A model generated the notes under the pieces. It ran no database searches, was not told the origin of the DNA, and saw nothing but the letters and a program-made list of their open reading frames with translations. From positions 58,079 through 122,078 of the forward strand of contig CAWIMN010000012.1 in NCBI GenBank assembly GCA_963837255.1: a stretch of DNA of 64,000 nucleotides. Reading direction: 5' to 3'. The stretch comes from an uncultured Actinomycetota bacterium (GTDB lineage: Bacteria; Actinomycetota; Actinomycetes; Streptosporangiales; Streptosporangiaceae). The position numbers and the translations under genes are program-made. Below are positions 1-8,867 of this stretch, in pieces (position 1 is the stretch's first letter; every line of letters begins with the position of its first letter).

Positions 1-2
1 AT

Positions 3-1184
3 GTGGAGACCGCGCTGGGGGCAAGGGCCGGTGTCGCAACGGCCCTGTTGGTCACGGTCGGGTACACCGTCGCGATCGCGGCAGTGTTCACCATGTCGGG
101 TGGGCTGCTAGCGGACACCCTCTCGCACTACACCTCCTGGCATCCGCCGTGGGGGCCGTTTACCCTCGTCCTGACCGCGGGCGCGATCTGGCTGACCGCA
201 CGCGGGGTCAAGCTGTCGACCCTTGCGGTGGGTGCGGCCGTGGTAGTGCAGGTAGCGATCATGGTCGTGGTCTGCCTCCTTGTCCTGGTCGATCAGCGGG
301 CCTCGCTGTCAGCCATACCGTTCTCGTGGGCGCATCTCACTGGTGGCCTGGCCGGCCTGTCCGCAGGCTTCCCGCTTGCCCTCTTCATGTTCATCGGATG
401 GGAAAACGGCCCAGCCCTCGCGGAGGAGAGCCGCGACCCACGGCGCACCATCCCGAGGGCCCTGTACATCTCGGTGGCGATTGCGGCCATCTTGCTGGTC
501 TTCTTTGCCTACGCGACCATCACCGGGTTCCACTATGACGTCTCGTCCATCGGCCGCTCGTCTGTCCCATTTCTGACGGTGGCCGATCACTACCTCGGCG
601 GAGCGAGCATCCTGGCGTGGATCGCGGGGATCGTTTCCGTGCTCGCCACCCTGGTCGCTGGAGCGGACTCCCAGTCGCGGATGCTCTTCGACGGCGGCAG
701 GACCGGGCTGCTGCCGGCAAAGCTCGGCCATGTTCGCTCGCGGTCGGACACGCCGGTTAACGCGCTTCTTTTCATGGCGATCGCCGGGCTGGGGATCATC
801 GGGGTCTGGTGGGTGTCCCGCCTCATCACGGGCGACACGCAATCGCTTAACCCGGTCGGCCTGTATGCCGAGTGCTCGACTATGGCGACGATCGTGATTC
901 TCTTCGTTTACTTCCTCACGATGCTGTCGCTGCCCGTGTTCATGTGGCGTCGCCACCGCGACTCGTTTTCGCCGTTCCGTCATGTCGTGATCCCGGCTCT
1001 GGGGTCCATCACCCTGATCGTCCCGTTCGTCGAGCTGTGCCAGCCCGGACAGCCCGCCCCCTATAGCGCCTTCCCGTTTATTGCGCTAGCGATCGGGGCG
1101 GCGGCCGTCGTGATCGCCTGTGTTGTCGTGCACCGGCATCCCCGCACGGGCACGGGCGAAGGAGCGGCATTCCCGGGAACCTGA
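3..1184 (+). CDS. APC-superfamily amino acid/amine permease, 5' end cut by the window edge
   Basis: 393-aa ORF open from the window start with multiple hydrophobic helices. The FIGWENGPALAEESRDPRRTIPRAL block is paralogous to FIGWENSAALAEETGNPRRNVPRAV in the permease at 25497..26966. Confidence 0.85.
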   Translation: METALGARAGVATALLVTVGYTVAIAAVFTMSGGLLADTLSHYTSWHPPWGPFTLVLTAGAIWLTARGVKLSTLAVGAAVVVQVAIMVVVCLLVLVDQRASLSAIPFSWAHLTGGLAGLSAGFPLALFMFIGWENGPALAEESRDPRRTIPRALYISVAIAAILLVFFAYATITGFHYDVSSIGRSSVPFLTVADHYLGGASILAWIAGIVSVLATLVAGADSQSRMLFDGGRTGLLPAKLGHVRSRSDTPVNALLFMAIAGLGIIGVWWVSRLITGDTQSLNPVGLYAECSTMATIVILFVYFLTMLSLPVFMWRRHRDSFSPFRHVVIPALGSITLIVPFVELCQPGQPAPYSAFPFIALAIGAAAVVIACVVVHRHPRTGTGEGAAFPGT

Positions 1185-1385
1185 GCGACCGCTATCGGGG
1201 TTGACCCTGATGCCTTCCGGCACGCAGATCAGGGTTGGGCTGGGGCTAGTCCGGATCGACCGGAGCTCCCGGCGGCGGCAGTCTTAAGACATGAACGCAA
1301 GCACTGGCACCGGATCGGCGATCGCCTGCACGGCGCTCGCTGACCATCACCGCAGCCAGCCCAACATAAACGGAGACCGATAACC

Positions 1386-1535
1386 ATGCTTTGGATCATC
1401 GCCCTTGCCCTCGTCGCCATCGTGGCCCTGACCGTCCTCAGCTTCACCCTGCACTTCCTGTTCTCACCCTGGCTGCTGGTGGCCATCGGCATCCTGGTCT
1501 GGATCAAGTTCCGCCCTCGGCGCTCCCGGCCGTAG
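1386..1535 (+). CDS. Small (49 aa) two-helix membrane protein, below the ORF-track size cut-off
   Basis: ATG at 1386 and TAG at 1533-1535. GGAGA lies 9 nt upstream of the ATG. Translation is MLWIIALALVAIVALTVLSFTLHFLFSPWLLVAIGILVWIKFRPRRSRP. About 45 of 49 codons end in G/C, matching the strong GC3 bias of real genes here. Confidence 0.55.
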   Translation: MLWIIALALVAIVALTVLSFTLHFLFSPWLLVAIGILVWIKFRPRRSRP

Positions 1536-1572
1536 CCGAATGCCAGGAGATCGGGACGACTGCAGCTCGGAC

Positions 1573-2475
1573 TCAGGTCTCGCGCAGTCTCGCCTGGAGG
1601 GTCTTGAGGCTGTCCATCGGGGTCGCCGCCTCGAGGCGCAGGCGATCCAGCACATCTATGTACGTGCGGACGACGTCCGGCTTCTCCAGGTACTGGGCGC
1701 TAGATAGCTGCTCAAGATAGACCATATCGGGCAGGTCGTCCTCGGCGAAATGCAGCACGCTGAACGAGCCGCCGGCCGCGGCGTGGCCGCCCGCCGTGAA
1801 CGGCACGACCTGAATCGTGATGTTGGGCTGCTCTGCCATCTCGATGAGATGCTTCAGCTGGGCCCGCATCGCGCGAACACCCCCGAGCGGGCGCCTCAGC
1901 GCTGCCTCGTCGAGTACCGCCCACAGGCTGGTCGGATCAGGCCTGGACAGTATGGCCTGGCGGGCCATCCTCAGGCTGACCCGGCGGCTGATCTCTTTGG
2001 GGTTCGAGTACTCCAGCAATATGACGGCGCTGGCGTAGTCCTCGGTCTGCAGCAGTCCCGGCACGAACTGGGCCTCGTAGGTGCGGATCTGGACGGCGGC
2101 CTCCTCGAGGCCGAGGTAGTCCTCGAACCAGCTGGCCAGCATGTCGGAATAGTCATGCCACCAGCCGGGACGGTTAGCGCGGGAGGCCAGGGCGCGGATC
2201 TCTTCCCGCTGCGCCTCGTCTGTCACGCCATACAGCGTCAGCAGGTCAACGATGTCGCGGTCCTTGAAGCTCACCCGGCCGGTCTCAAGCCTGCTGATCT
2301 TCGAGTGAGACGCCCGGATGACGTAACCGGCCTCTTCTGGCGAGATCTGCTTTGCCTCGCGCAGCCGGCGCAGCCGCGCGCCGAGCAGGATGCGCAGCGC
2401 AGTAGGGCTGCCGGCGCCCGTGGGTGCGGCAGTGTTCTGGGCCGGGCCCCTGCGCGACCCGGTGCTTGCGACCAC
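1573..2475 (-). CDS. XRE-family HTH regulator with DUF5753-type C-terminal domain (WhiJ/Scr1-like)
   Basis: The N-terminal LGARLRRLREAKQISPEEAGYVIRASHSKISRLETG is an XRE HTH. The remaining length and pattern are typical of actinobacterial DUF5753 regulators. GTG start. Confidence 0.85.
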   Translation of the reverse strand: MVASTGSRRGPAQNTAAPTGAGSPTALRILLGARLRRLREAKQISPEEAGYVIRASHSKISRLETGRVSFKDRDIVDLLTLYGVTDEAQREEIRALASRANRPGWWHDYSDMLASWFEDYLGLEEAAVQIRTYEAQFVPGLLQTEDYASAVILLEYSNPKEISRRVSLRMARQAILSRPDPTSLWAVLDEAALRRPLGGVRAMRAQLKHLIEMAEQPNITIQVVPFTAGGHAAAGGSFSVLHFAEDDLPDMVYLEQLSSAQYLEKPDVVRTYIDVLDRLRLEAATPMDSLKTLQARLRET

Positions 2476-2856
2476 TGCATCCCCCCTCCGACGGCTAGGT
2501 GCAGCAGGTCAAGATAAAAAGATTCGCACGCGAGATGGCCGTCGCGCCATTGTAGCAAGCGAAACTTCGATGAAATGATGCTAGTTTCCGGCACGCCATT
2601 GTGGCCAGTGGCAGTTCTGGCGGCGATTCGCTCTGCACTGTGGTCGCGTGACGGCGGCGGCAGGTTCCACACCGAGGTGACCATGCGCCCGCTGGCTCCG
2701 GTGTTGCTGCTGGTCGCGCGTTCGAGGGCGACCCGCTGCGGTTCGCTAGCGGCCAGGCCGCGCCGCGGTAAGCGTCGCTGAAATGGCCGTCAAGTTAGTC
2801 TGGTGCCGCTGATCTCGCAGTGGATGGGAGCGTGCATACTGACGGCTGTGAAGCCG

Positions 2857-3549
2857 ATGCGCGTGCTGCTGTTCGATGTATTCGGGACGCTGGTGGACTG
2901 GCGCAGCAGCCTGATTGAGCTCGCGGAGGCCAGCGGGGTCAGCGCCGGCTTGCAGGCGGACTGGGCGGCCACCATCGACGACTGGCGTCGCGCGTATCAG
3001 CCGGCGATGGACCGGGTCCGGCAGGGTGCTCCCTGGCGTGACCTGGATTCTCTTCAGCGCGAGACGCTGGACGACGTGCTGGCTCAGCGGAACATAGGGC
3101 TGTCAGCCGCCGACCGGGACGCGCTTGTCAGGGGCTGGCGCCAGTTGCGGCCCTGGCCGGACTGCCACGACGGACTCGATCGGCTGCGCCGCAAGTACAT
3201 CACCGCAACGCTGTCCAACGGGCACATCGCATTGCTCGCCGAGCTGCTCAAGTTCGCCGACCTCCGCGTGGACGCCGTGCTCTCTGCGCAGCTGGCCGGC
3301 GGCTACAAGCCCGACGCGAACGTATACCTCACGGCACTTCGCCTGCTCGACTGCCCGCCCGAGGAGGCCGGGATGGTCGCCGCGCACGCCTCCGACCTGC
3401 GCGCAGCCGCCGCGCTAGGCCTTCGCCCGATCTTCGTCCGCCGGCCACTGGAATGGGGACCCGGCACGCCTCCGGCCGGTCCGCCCGGGCTGAATGGCCT
3501 GCTCGAAACCGACGGGCTCGGCCATCTCGCCGACGCCCTCGGCTGCTGA
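2857..3549 (+). CDS. HAD-superfamily hydrolase, haloacid dehalogenase type II-like
   Basis: MRVLLFDVFGTLVDW carries the DxFGTL nucleophile motif. The ORF is open from 2803. I prefer the ATG at 2857, with alternatives at 2803 and 2824. Confidence 0.8.
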   Translation: MRVLLFDVFGTLVDWRSSLIELAEASGVSAGLQADWAATIDDWRRAYQPAMDRVRQGAPWRDLDSLQRETLDDVLAQRNIGLSAADRDALVRGWRQLRPWPDCHDGLDRLRRKYITATLSNGHIALLAELLKFADLRVDAVLSAQLAGGYKPDANVYLTALRLLDCPPEEAGMVAAHASDLRAAAALGLRPIFVRRPLEWGPGTPPAGPPGLNGLLETDGLGHLADALGC

Positions 3550-3600
3550 CAACACGAGCTGGCCACGGTGCCCGGCGGGAAACTTGCCCGCATGCGGTGG

Positions 3601-4359
3601 TCAGTGCCCTACTTCCTCCGGCACCTCATACCACCGGACCCGCTCGCCGATACGGCTGCGCATCCGCCAGCCCCTGCTCTTGGGCGCTTGGTCGATCGTC
3701 TGGCGGAGCGACTCGATCTGCGCGGCTACGTCGCAGGCGGCGGCCGGAACCGGAGTGTGGGCCCACAGTTCGGCCAGCTTGCCGAGGTTGCGCTCGGTCG
3801 TGTGACAGAACCCCCAGTCTGAACCGAGTACAGCGGCGATCCGCGCACGGCTGATCGTCTCGGCGTCGGAGTCGTCATCGCCGAGCCGATGGTCGGCCAG
3901 CAGGCAGAGAGCGTCGCCGAGGTCCTTCCGGTTGATCTCCCAGACTTGCAGCTTGCTGAGCAGCAGGTCAGCAAGCGTGATCGTCGGTGCTGGCCCAGCG
4001 AGCCGGCCACGCATGTCGAGCCGGTGGGACATCGTCAGCTCATCGATGACGATGTCGATGGACCACCGCCCGTCCGGGGCGCCGAAGTACAGGCGGGTCT
4101 CACCGTGCAGTCCGTTGAAGAACTTGTCCGGCAGGTAACCCTCCGCGGTCAGGAGCTCCTTCAGATCCGAGCTCGCGCGGGCGGCAACGGCGAAGTCCAT
4201 ATCGTCGTAACTACGCGTATACGGTCCGCTGCGCACGCTCGGGCACCGCAGCCAGATAGCCAGGCCGCCGAGCAACCGGGCGGGCACGCGGGACTCGATT
4301 ATCAGGCCGGTTAGTCGTCCCGCTTCGTCGCGGATGTCGGAGAGAATGCCCGTCCCCAT
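3601..4359 (-). CDS. Hypothetical protein, possibly nucleotidyltransferase-fold
   Basis: LLGGLAIWL...SYDDMDFAV resembles the GG...DxD signature of NTase-fold proteins. The ORF is open to 4506, but that would overlap the permease 3' end, so I used the internal ATG at 4359. The product call is weak. Confidence 0.5.
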   Translation of the reverse strand: MGTGILSDIRDEAGRLTGLIIESRVPARLLGGLAIWLRCPSVRSGPYTRSYDDMDFAVAARASSDLKELLTAEGYLPDKFFNGLHGETRLYFGAPDGRWSIDIVIDELTMSHRLDMRGRLAGPAPTITLADLLLSKLQVWEINRKDLGDALCLLADHRLGDDDSDAETISRARIAAVLGSDWGFCHTTERNLGKLAELWAHTPVPAAACDVAAQIESLRQTIDQAPKSRGWRMRSRIGERVRWYEVPEEVGH

Positions 4360-4398
4360 TCGTCTTCGCTGGCGTCGATCAGAACCCTCGTCGCCCAA

Positions 4399-4442
4399 GG
4401 TATGCCGGAAGGCATCAGCAGGGGCCAGCCTTCCGGCATACC
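4399..4442 (-). terminator. Perfect 14-bp stem hairpin downstream of the permease gene
   Basis: GGTATGCCGGAAGG (4399-4412) pairs with CCTTCCGGCATACC (4429-4442) around a 16-nt loop, 18 nt past the stop of 4460..6088. There is no clear U-tract. Confidence 0.5.
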
Positions 4443-4459
4443 GCTCGGACGCCTCGGCG

Positions 4460-6088
4460 TCACTCAGGCGGCAGCTCTTTGTAGACGAAGCTGACGTTGA
4501 TGCCACGCCGGGCTCGGATGAACTTCGGCACGTAGTAGAGCAGCGCCCCGCCGACGATCAGGCCGGCGAACCAGGCGGGGATCCACCAGAAGTTGGCGCT
4601 GTTGCCGTTCATGACCAGGGCCGGGTACTGCGTGGAGACCACCGCGAGCGCCACGAAGATGATGATGGACAGGGTCGCGACGATGTACAGGACCGGGATG
4701 CCCAGGAACTTCATGTTCGCGGGGGAGGCGCGGTACAGCTCGGGACGGCGCGTCGGCAGCGCGATGGCAGCCGCGGCGACGATCACCACGCCGAGGCAGC
4801 CGGCGAGCACGATCAGGCCGAGCACGAGCTGGAAGACGTTGGAATAGACGCTCCAGATCGTGAGCGCGGCGATGATGACGTTGACCGTCACGATCGCAGT
4901 GATCGGGGAGTGCGTTCGCTCGTTGACGTCCGCGAGCTTCTCGGGCATCAGCCGGTCAAACGACCAGGCGAAGAATGACCGGATCGGCATGAACGTGTTG
5001 GCGATCATCGATGGCAGCGCCCAGAACAGGAAACAGCCGAGGATGATCACCGTGATCACCGGAGTGTTGACCGACAGCGCCGCGAGGAACGGGTAAAACG
5101 GCCCGGACGGAATCGCGTATGCATGGTTGCTCACGTTGACCGCGTACATGAAGTTGTAGCCGGTCACCTTGAACAGCAGCAGGGCGCCAATGATCAGCAG
5201 CACAACATCGAACGTCAGGGCACCGAACATGACCGAGAGCTGGCGGCCGCGGTTCGACGCGCTCTTGAGCTCGCCCGACATGTACACCGACCAGAAGTTC
5301 CACATCATGAAGCCCTGAATGGAGAACACGGTCGGGAGCGTGGCGCTGAGGTTGCTCAGATGCGGGGCCGCGTTCGCCGCGCCCGCAGTTGAGATCACCT
5401 TCTGCACGGTGCCGCCGCCGAAGCTCTTGTTCAGCGTGTTGAAGTTGGTGTCGAAGCCGTGTCGGCTGGCGACGCCCAGCACAATGAAGGCCACGACCAT
5501 GCCAACCATCCCGATCAGGAACGCACCGTTCTGCCAGCGGAACGTCGACTTGGTGCCGCGGATCAAGATGTAGGTCTGCAGAGCGACCATCACCAGCGCG
5601 CCGCCAAGGATCCAGGCCTTGTTGGCCTCGAACGAGGATCCCCAGCTGATCAGGGTGCTGTTATGCGCCAGGCTGCCGCCCGCGACCAGTGCCGGGCCGA
5701 GGCCGAAGACGGAGAAGAACTTGGCGAAGTAGGCGGCGCCGAGCAGGCCACCCATGATCATGCACAGATTCGAGATCAGCGCCAGCGGGGGGGTCAGGGT
5801 CCTGCTGACCCAGACATAGTCGCCGCCCACCCTCGGCATGCTCGCGCCGAGGAGCGCGAACATGATCAGCACCGGGATGTTGATGATCAGGGTGATGACC
5901 AGCACGCCCACCGGGTCGGCGCCGGGGAACGCGGCGAGCGTGAAGAAGATCGACCAGGCGAGGGTCGAACCGATCGGCGCGGAGATGACCGCGTTGAAGA
6001 TGGTCGCGTCGATGGCCGACGCTGAGCGTACTAACCCGGTGCTGTTGCGAACGAACAGCCGGCTTTCGGATCGGTCCGCGGTGGTCAT
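4460..6088 (-). CDS. APC-superfamily amino acid/polyamine permease
   Basis: 542-aa polytopic membrane protein with typical APC architecture, divergent from the DeoR operon. Confidence 0.9.
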   Translation of the reverse strand: MTTADRSESRLFVRNSTGLVRSASAIDATIFNAVISAPIGSTLAWSIFFTLAAFPGADPVGVLVITLIINIPVLIMFALLGASMPRVGGDYVWVSRTLTPPLALISNLCMIMGGLLGAAYFAKFFSVFGLGPALVAGGSLAHNSTLISWGSSFEANKAWILGGALVMVALQTYILIRGTKSTFRWQNGAFLIGMVGMVVAFIVLGVASRHGFDTNFNTLNKSFGGGTVQKVISTAGAANAAPHLSNLSATLPTVFSIQGFMMWNFWSVYMSGELKSASNRGRQLSVMFGALTFDVVLLIIGALLLFKVTGYNFMYAVNVSNHAYAIPSGPFYPFLAALSVNTPVITVIILGCFLFWALPSMIANTFMPIRSFFAWSFDRLMPEKLADVNERTHSPITAIVTVNVIIAALTIWSVYSNVFQLVLGLIVLAGCLGVVIVAAAAIALPTRRPELYRASPANMKFLGIPVLYIVATLSIIIFVALAVVSTQYPALVMNGNSANFWWIPAWFAGLIVGGALLYYVPKFIRARRGINVSFVYKELPPE

Positions 6089-6157
6089 GAGCGTTCCTCC
6101 TGACTGCCCATGCCTCAGCTGGCCCCCCGTTGACGCTGCCCCAGAGGCTGGCTAAAG

Positions 6158-6229
6158 TCGAACATAATCAGTAAGAACTGTCAATCCTTCGCACATAAAC
6201 GAGCATCATCGGTTTCAGAAGCGAACATG
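6158..6229. promoter_or_regulatory. Three direct CG(A/C)ACAT repeats in the divergent permease/deoR promoter region (candidate DeoR operators)
   Basis: TCGAACATA at 6158-6166, TCGCACATA at 6189-6197 and GCGAACATG at 6221-6229. The spacing is 31 and 32 bp, about 3 helical turns, inside the only AT-rich stretch between the two genes. Confidence 0.35.
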
Positions 6230-6240
6230 TAGGAGAAGGC

Positions 6241-7080
6241 TTGCTGGCGGTCGAGCGGCGCATCAAGGTCCTCGAGCGGCTCGAAGCGGATCAGGCGGTC
6301 GAGGTGAGCAGCCTGGCCCGCGAATTCCAGGTTTCCGAGATGACCATCCGCCGTGACCTACGCCGCCTCGACCGCGACGGCTTCGTCCGCCGCACCTACG
6401 GCGGCGCGACTACCCGCGTCGTTCGCGCGGCTGGCGCATTCGAGGTGACGCAAAGCGCCCGCATGCTACATAACGCGCAGGAGAAGCGCCGCATCGCGCT
6501 GCGGGCGGCCGAGATGACTGTTGGTGCCCGGGTGATATTCGTCGGCGTCGGCTCCACCGTCGAGCAGTTCGCCCGGCTGGCCGCGCCGCGCGAGGGTCTG
6601 CTCGTGATCACTCCTTCCCTCGTGGTCGCCAGCGTGCTAGGTACCCGGCGGGTCCAGGTCATCATGGCCGGGGGGATGGTCCGCCAGGATGAGCTCAGCT
6701 GCGTCGGGCCCGCTGCGGTGGAGTGCGTGCAGCGTTTCAACACCGACATCGCAGTCATCGGCGCGGCCGGGATCTCCGCTCGCCGTGGCATCACCGATCT
6801 CGACGAATCCGAAGCCGGGGTCATCCGGGCCGCGCTCGAGCGGACAGAGCGAATCGTCGTCCTGGCCGACGGCTCTAAGTTCGGCGACGTGGCGCTCAGC
6901 ACTGTCGTGCCCATTAAGCGCGTGTCGACGATCATCACCGATGCCAGCGCCGATCCTGTCGAAGTGGACCTTATCGAGCGCGAGGGCGTGGAGGTGATCA
7001 TGGCAGAGCCAGATCCGGCTTCGCCTGGGAAGACCGACCCGGCCGACGAACGTGACGAGCCGGCCATGGCCGCCTCATGA
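6241..7080 (+). CDS. DeoR/GlpR-family transcriptional regulator
   Basis: HTH VSSLAREFQVSEMTIRRDLRRLDRDGFVRRTYGGA plus a DeoR-C sugar-phosphate sensor domain. TTG start. Confidence 0.9.
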   Translation: MLAVERRIKVLERLEADQAVEVSSLAREFQVSEMTIRRDLRRLDRDGFVRRTYGGATTRVVRAAGAFEVTQSARMLHNAQEKRRIALRAAEMTVGARVIFVGVGSTVEQFARLAAPREGLLVITPSLVVASVLGTRRVQVIMAGGMVRQDELSCVGPAAVECVQRFNTDIAVIGAAGISARRGITDLDESEAGVIRAALERTERIVVLADGSKFGDVALSTVVPIKRVSTIITDASADPVEVDLIEREGVEVIMAEPDPASPGKTDPADERDEPAMAAS

Positions 7081-7898
7081 CGTCTCTGCTCGGCGACCTG
7101 TTCGGGGTCGTCAAGCCGATCATCGCGATGGTGCACCTGCGGGCCTTGCCCGGGCGTCCGCGTCACGACCGGGCAGCGGGCATGCAGCCCATCGTCGACG
7201 CGGTCGCCCGCGATCTCGCCGTGCTGCAGGACGCAGGCGTTGACGGACTGCTGTTCTGTAACGAGGCGGACCTGCCCTATCAGCTTGGCGTCGGCCTGGA
7301 GGCAGCCGCGGCCATGGCGGCAGTCATCGGCGAGGTGCGGGGCGAGATCCGCTGCCCGTTCGGAGTCGACCTGGTCTGGGACCCGGTGTCGAGCCTGGCG
7401 GTCGCCCGGGCAACCGGGGCCTCCTTCGTGCGCGAGGTGTTCACCGGTGTCTACGAGAGCGACCTCGGCCTCATGCGACCGGATTATGGCTGGATCGGAG
7501 CGTACCGGACGGATATCGGCGCCGAATCGGTCGCGTTGCTGGCGAACATCACCCCGGAGTTCGCGAGCCCATTAGGACACCGTTCGATCGGGGAGCGGGC
7601 GCGAAGCGCGGCATTCCTCGGCATCGACGTGGTCCTGATCAGCGGGCCGATCACAGGTGTGCCGACGGACACCGGGCAGCTGCGCGAAGCAAAGGAAGCC
7701 ATCCCGCGCACGCCGGTGCTGGCCAACACCGGAGTGACGGCGGACACGGTGGCCGATGTCCTGGCTGTCGCGGATGGGGCAATCGTCGGCACCACCCTCA
7801 AGCGGTGTGCTGTCACCTGGAATCCAGTTGACCCGGGCCGCGCGGCCGCGTTCATGGCAGCGGCCGCGCGTGCGCGCGAGAACGGGGTGCTCGGATAG
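7077..7898 (+). CDS. BtpA/SgcQ-family TIM-barrel protein (copy 1)
   Basis: KPIIAMVHLRALPGRPRHD, LLFCNEADLPYQ and VLANTGV blocks are typical of BtpA/SgcQ. ATGA start/stop overlap with deoR. Confidence 0.85.
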   Translation: MTSLLGDLFGVVKPIIAMVHLRALPGRPRHDRAAGMQPIVDAVARDLAVLQDAGVDGLLFCNEADLPYQLGVGLEAAAAMAAVIGEVRGEIRCPFGVDLVWDPVSSLAVARATGASFVREVFTGVYESDLGLMRPDYGWIGAYRTDIGAESVALLANITPEFASPLGHRSIGERARSAAFLGIDVVLISGPITGVPTDTGQLREAKEAIPRTPVLANTGVTADTVADVLAVADGAIVGTTLKRCAVTWNPVDPGRAAAFMAAAARARENGVLG

Positions 7899-8855
7899 AT
7901 GGCGAGGAATACCCTGCTCTACTTCGTCAGCGATCTGCACGGCTCCAGCCTCTGCTTCCGCAAGTTCGTCAATTCCACGCAGGTCTACAAGCCCACGGTG
8001 CTGATCCTCGGCGGCGACGTCGCAGGCAAGGCCATCCAGTCGATCGTGCGCGGGCCCGGCGGGCGCTGGGAATGCACGTTTGTCGGCACCCGGTACGAGC
8101 TAACCGACGGCTCTGAGCTGGCCGACCTGGAGCGACTGATCGCCGACCACGGCTACTACCCCTACCGGGCCGAGCCGGGCGAGCTGGAGGCGATGGAGGC
8201 GGACGGGACGCTGGATCACCTCTTTCTGCGCCTGATGCGGGAACGGCTCACCGAGTGGCTCGACATCGCCGACACGCGGCTCCGGCCCAAGGGCGTGCCG
8301 CTGTACCTGATGCTCGGCAACGACGATCCCCCGGAGCTCGCCGACATGCTCGACGAGGCCCCCTGGGGCACGCACGCCGAGGGCAAGGTCCTGATGCTCG
8401 ACGACGAGCACGAGATGATCAGCTGGGGCTATTCCAATCCCACCCCCTGGCACACCTACCGGGAGCAGGACGAGCAGCACCTCGCTGCCGCGTATACGGC
8501 CATGGCCGACAAGCTCGAGCGCCCCGAGCGGGCCGTGTTCAACCTGCATCCGCCGCCTTACGGTACGCAGCTCGATGAGGCGCCGGCGCTCGACGAGAAC
8601 CTCCGCGTCCAGGCGGTGCTCGGACAGGTGAAGTATGCGGCCGTCGGCAGCACCGCGGTACGGGAGATCGAGCTGGATCGCCAGCCCCTCGTTGGCCTGC
8701 ACGGCCATATCCACGAGGCGTCTGGCATACGCCGGCTTGGCAAGCGCAAGACCGTGATCGTCAACCCCGGCAGCGACTACTCCACTGGGGCGCTTAACGG
8801 GGCTCTAGTCAGCCTCAGCAAGGACCGCGCTGACGCCCAGCTTGTCCGCGGATAG
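7899..8855 (+). CDS. Metallophosphoesterase
   Basis: Calcineurin-like motifs are present: VSDLHGS, LGGDVAGK, LGNDDPPE, GLHGHIHE. The start abuts the previous stop. Confidence 0.8.
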   Translation: MARNTLLYFVSDLHGSSLCFRKFVNSTQVYKPTVLILGGDVAGKAIQSIVRGPGGRWECTFVGTRYELTDGSELADLERLIADHGYYPYRAEPGELEAMEADGTLDHLFLRLMRERLTEWLDIADTRLRPKGVPLYLMLGNDDPPELADMLDEAPWGTHAEGKVLMLDDEHEMISWGYSNPTPWHTYREQDEQHLAAAYTAMADKLERPERAVFNLHPPPYGTQLDEAPALDENLRVQAVLGQVKYAAVGSTAVREIELDRQPLVGLHGHIHEASGIRRLGKRKTVIVNPGSDYSTGALNGALVSLSKDRADAQLVRG

Positions 8856-8867
8856 CAGGCGATCGCC

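Noticed and set aside
1209-1224. 16-mer CTGATGCCTTCCGGCA shared, in the same orientation relative to the gene, downstream of two different APC permease genes (1209-1224 plus strand, and about 4402-4417 minus strand).
   Set aside because: A single 16-nt match in 128 kb of two-strand, GC-biased sequence is within chance expectation. The flanking hairpins differ. It is worth a genome-wide count but is not claimable as an element.
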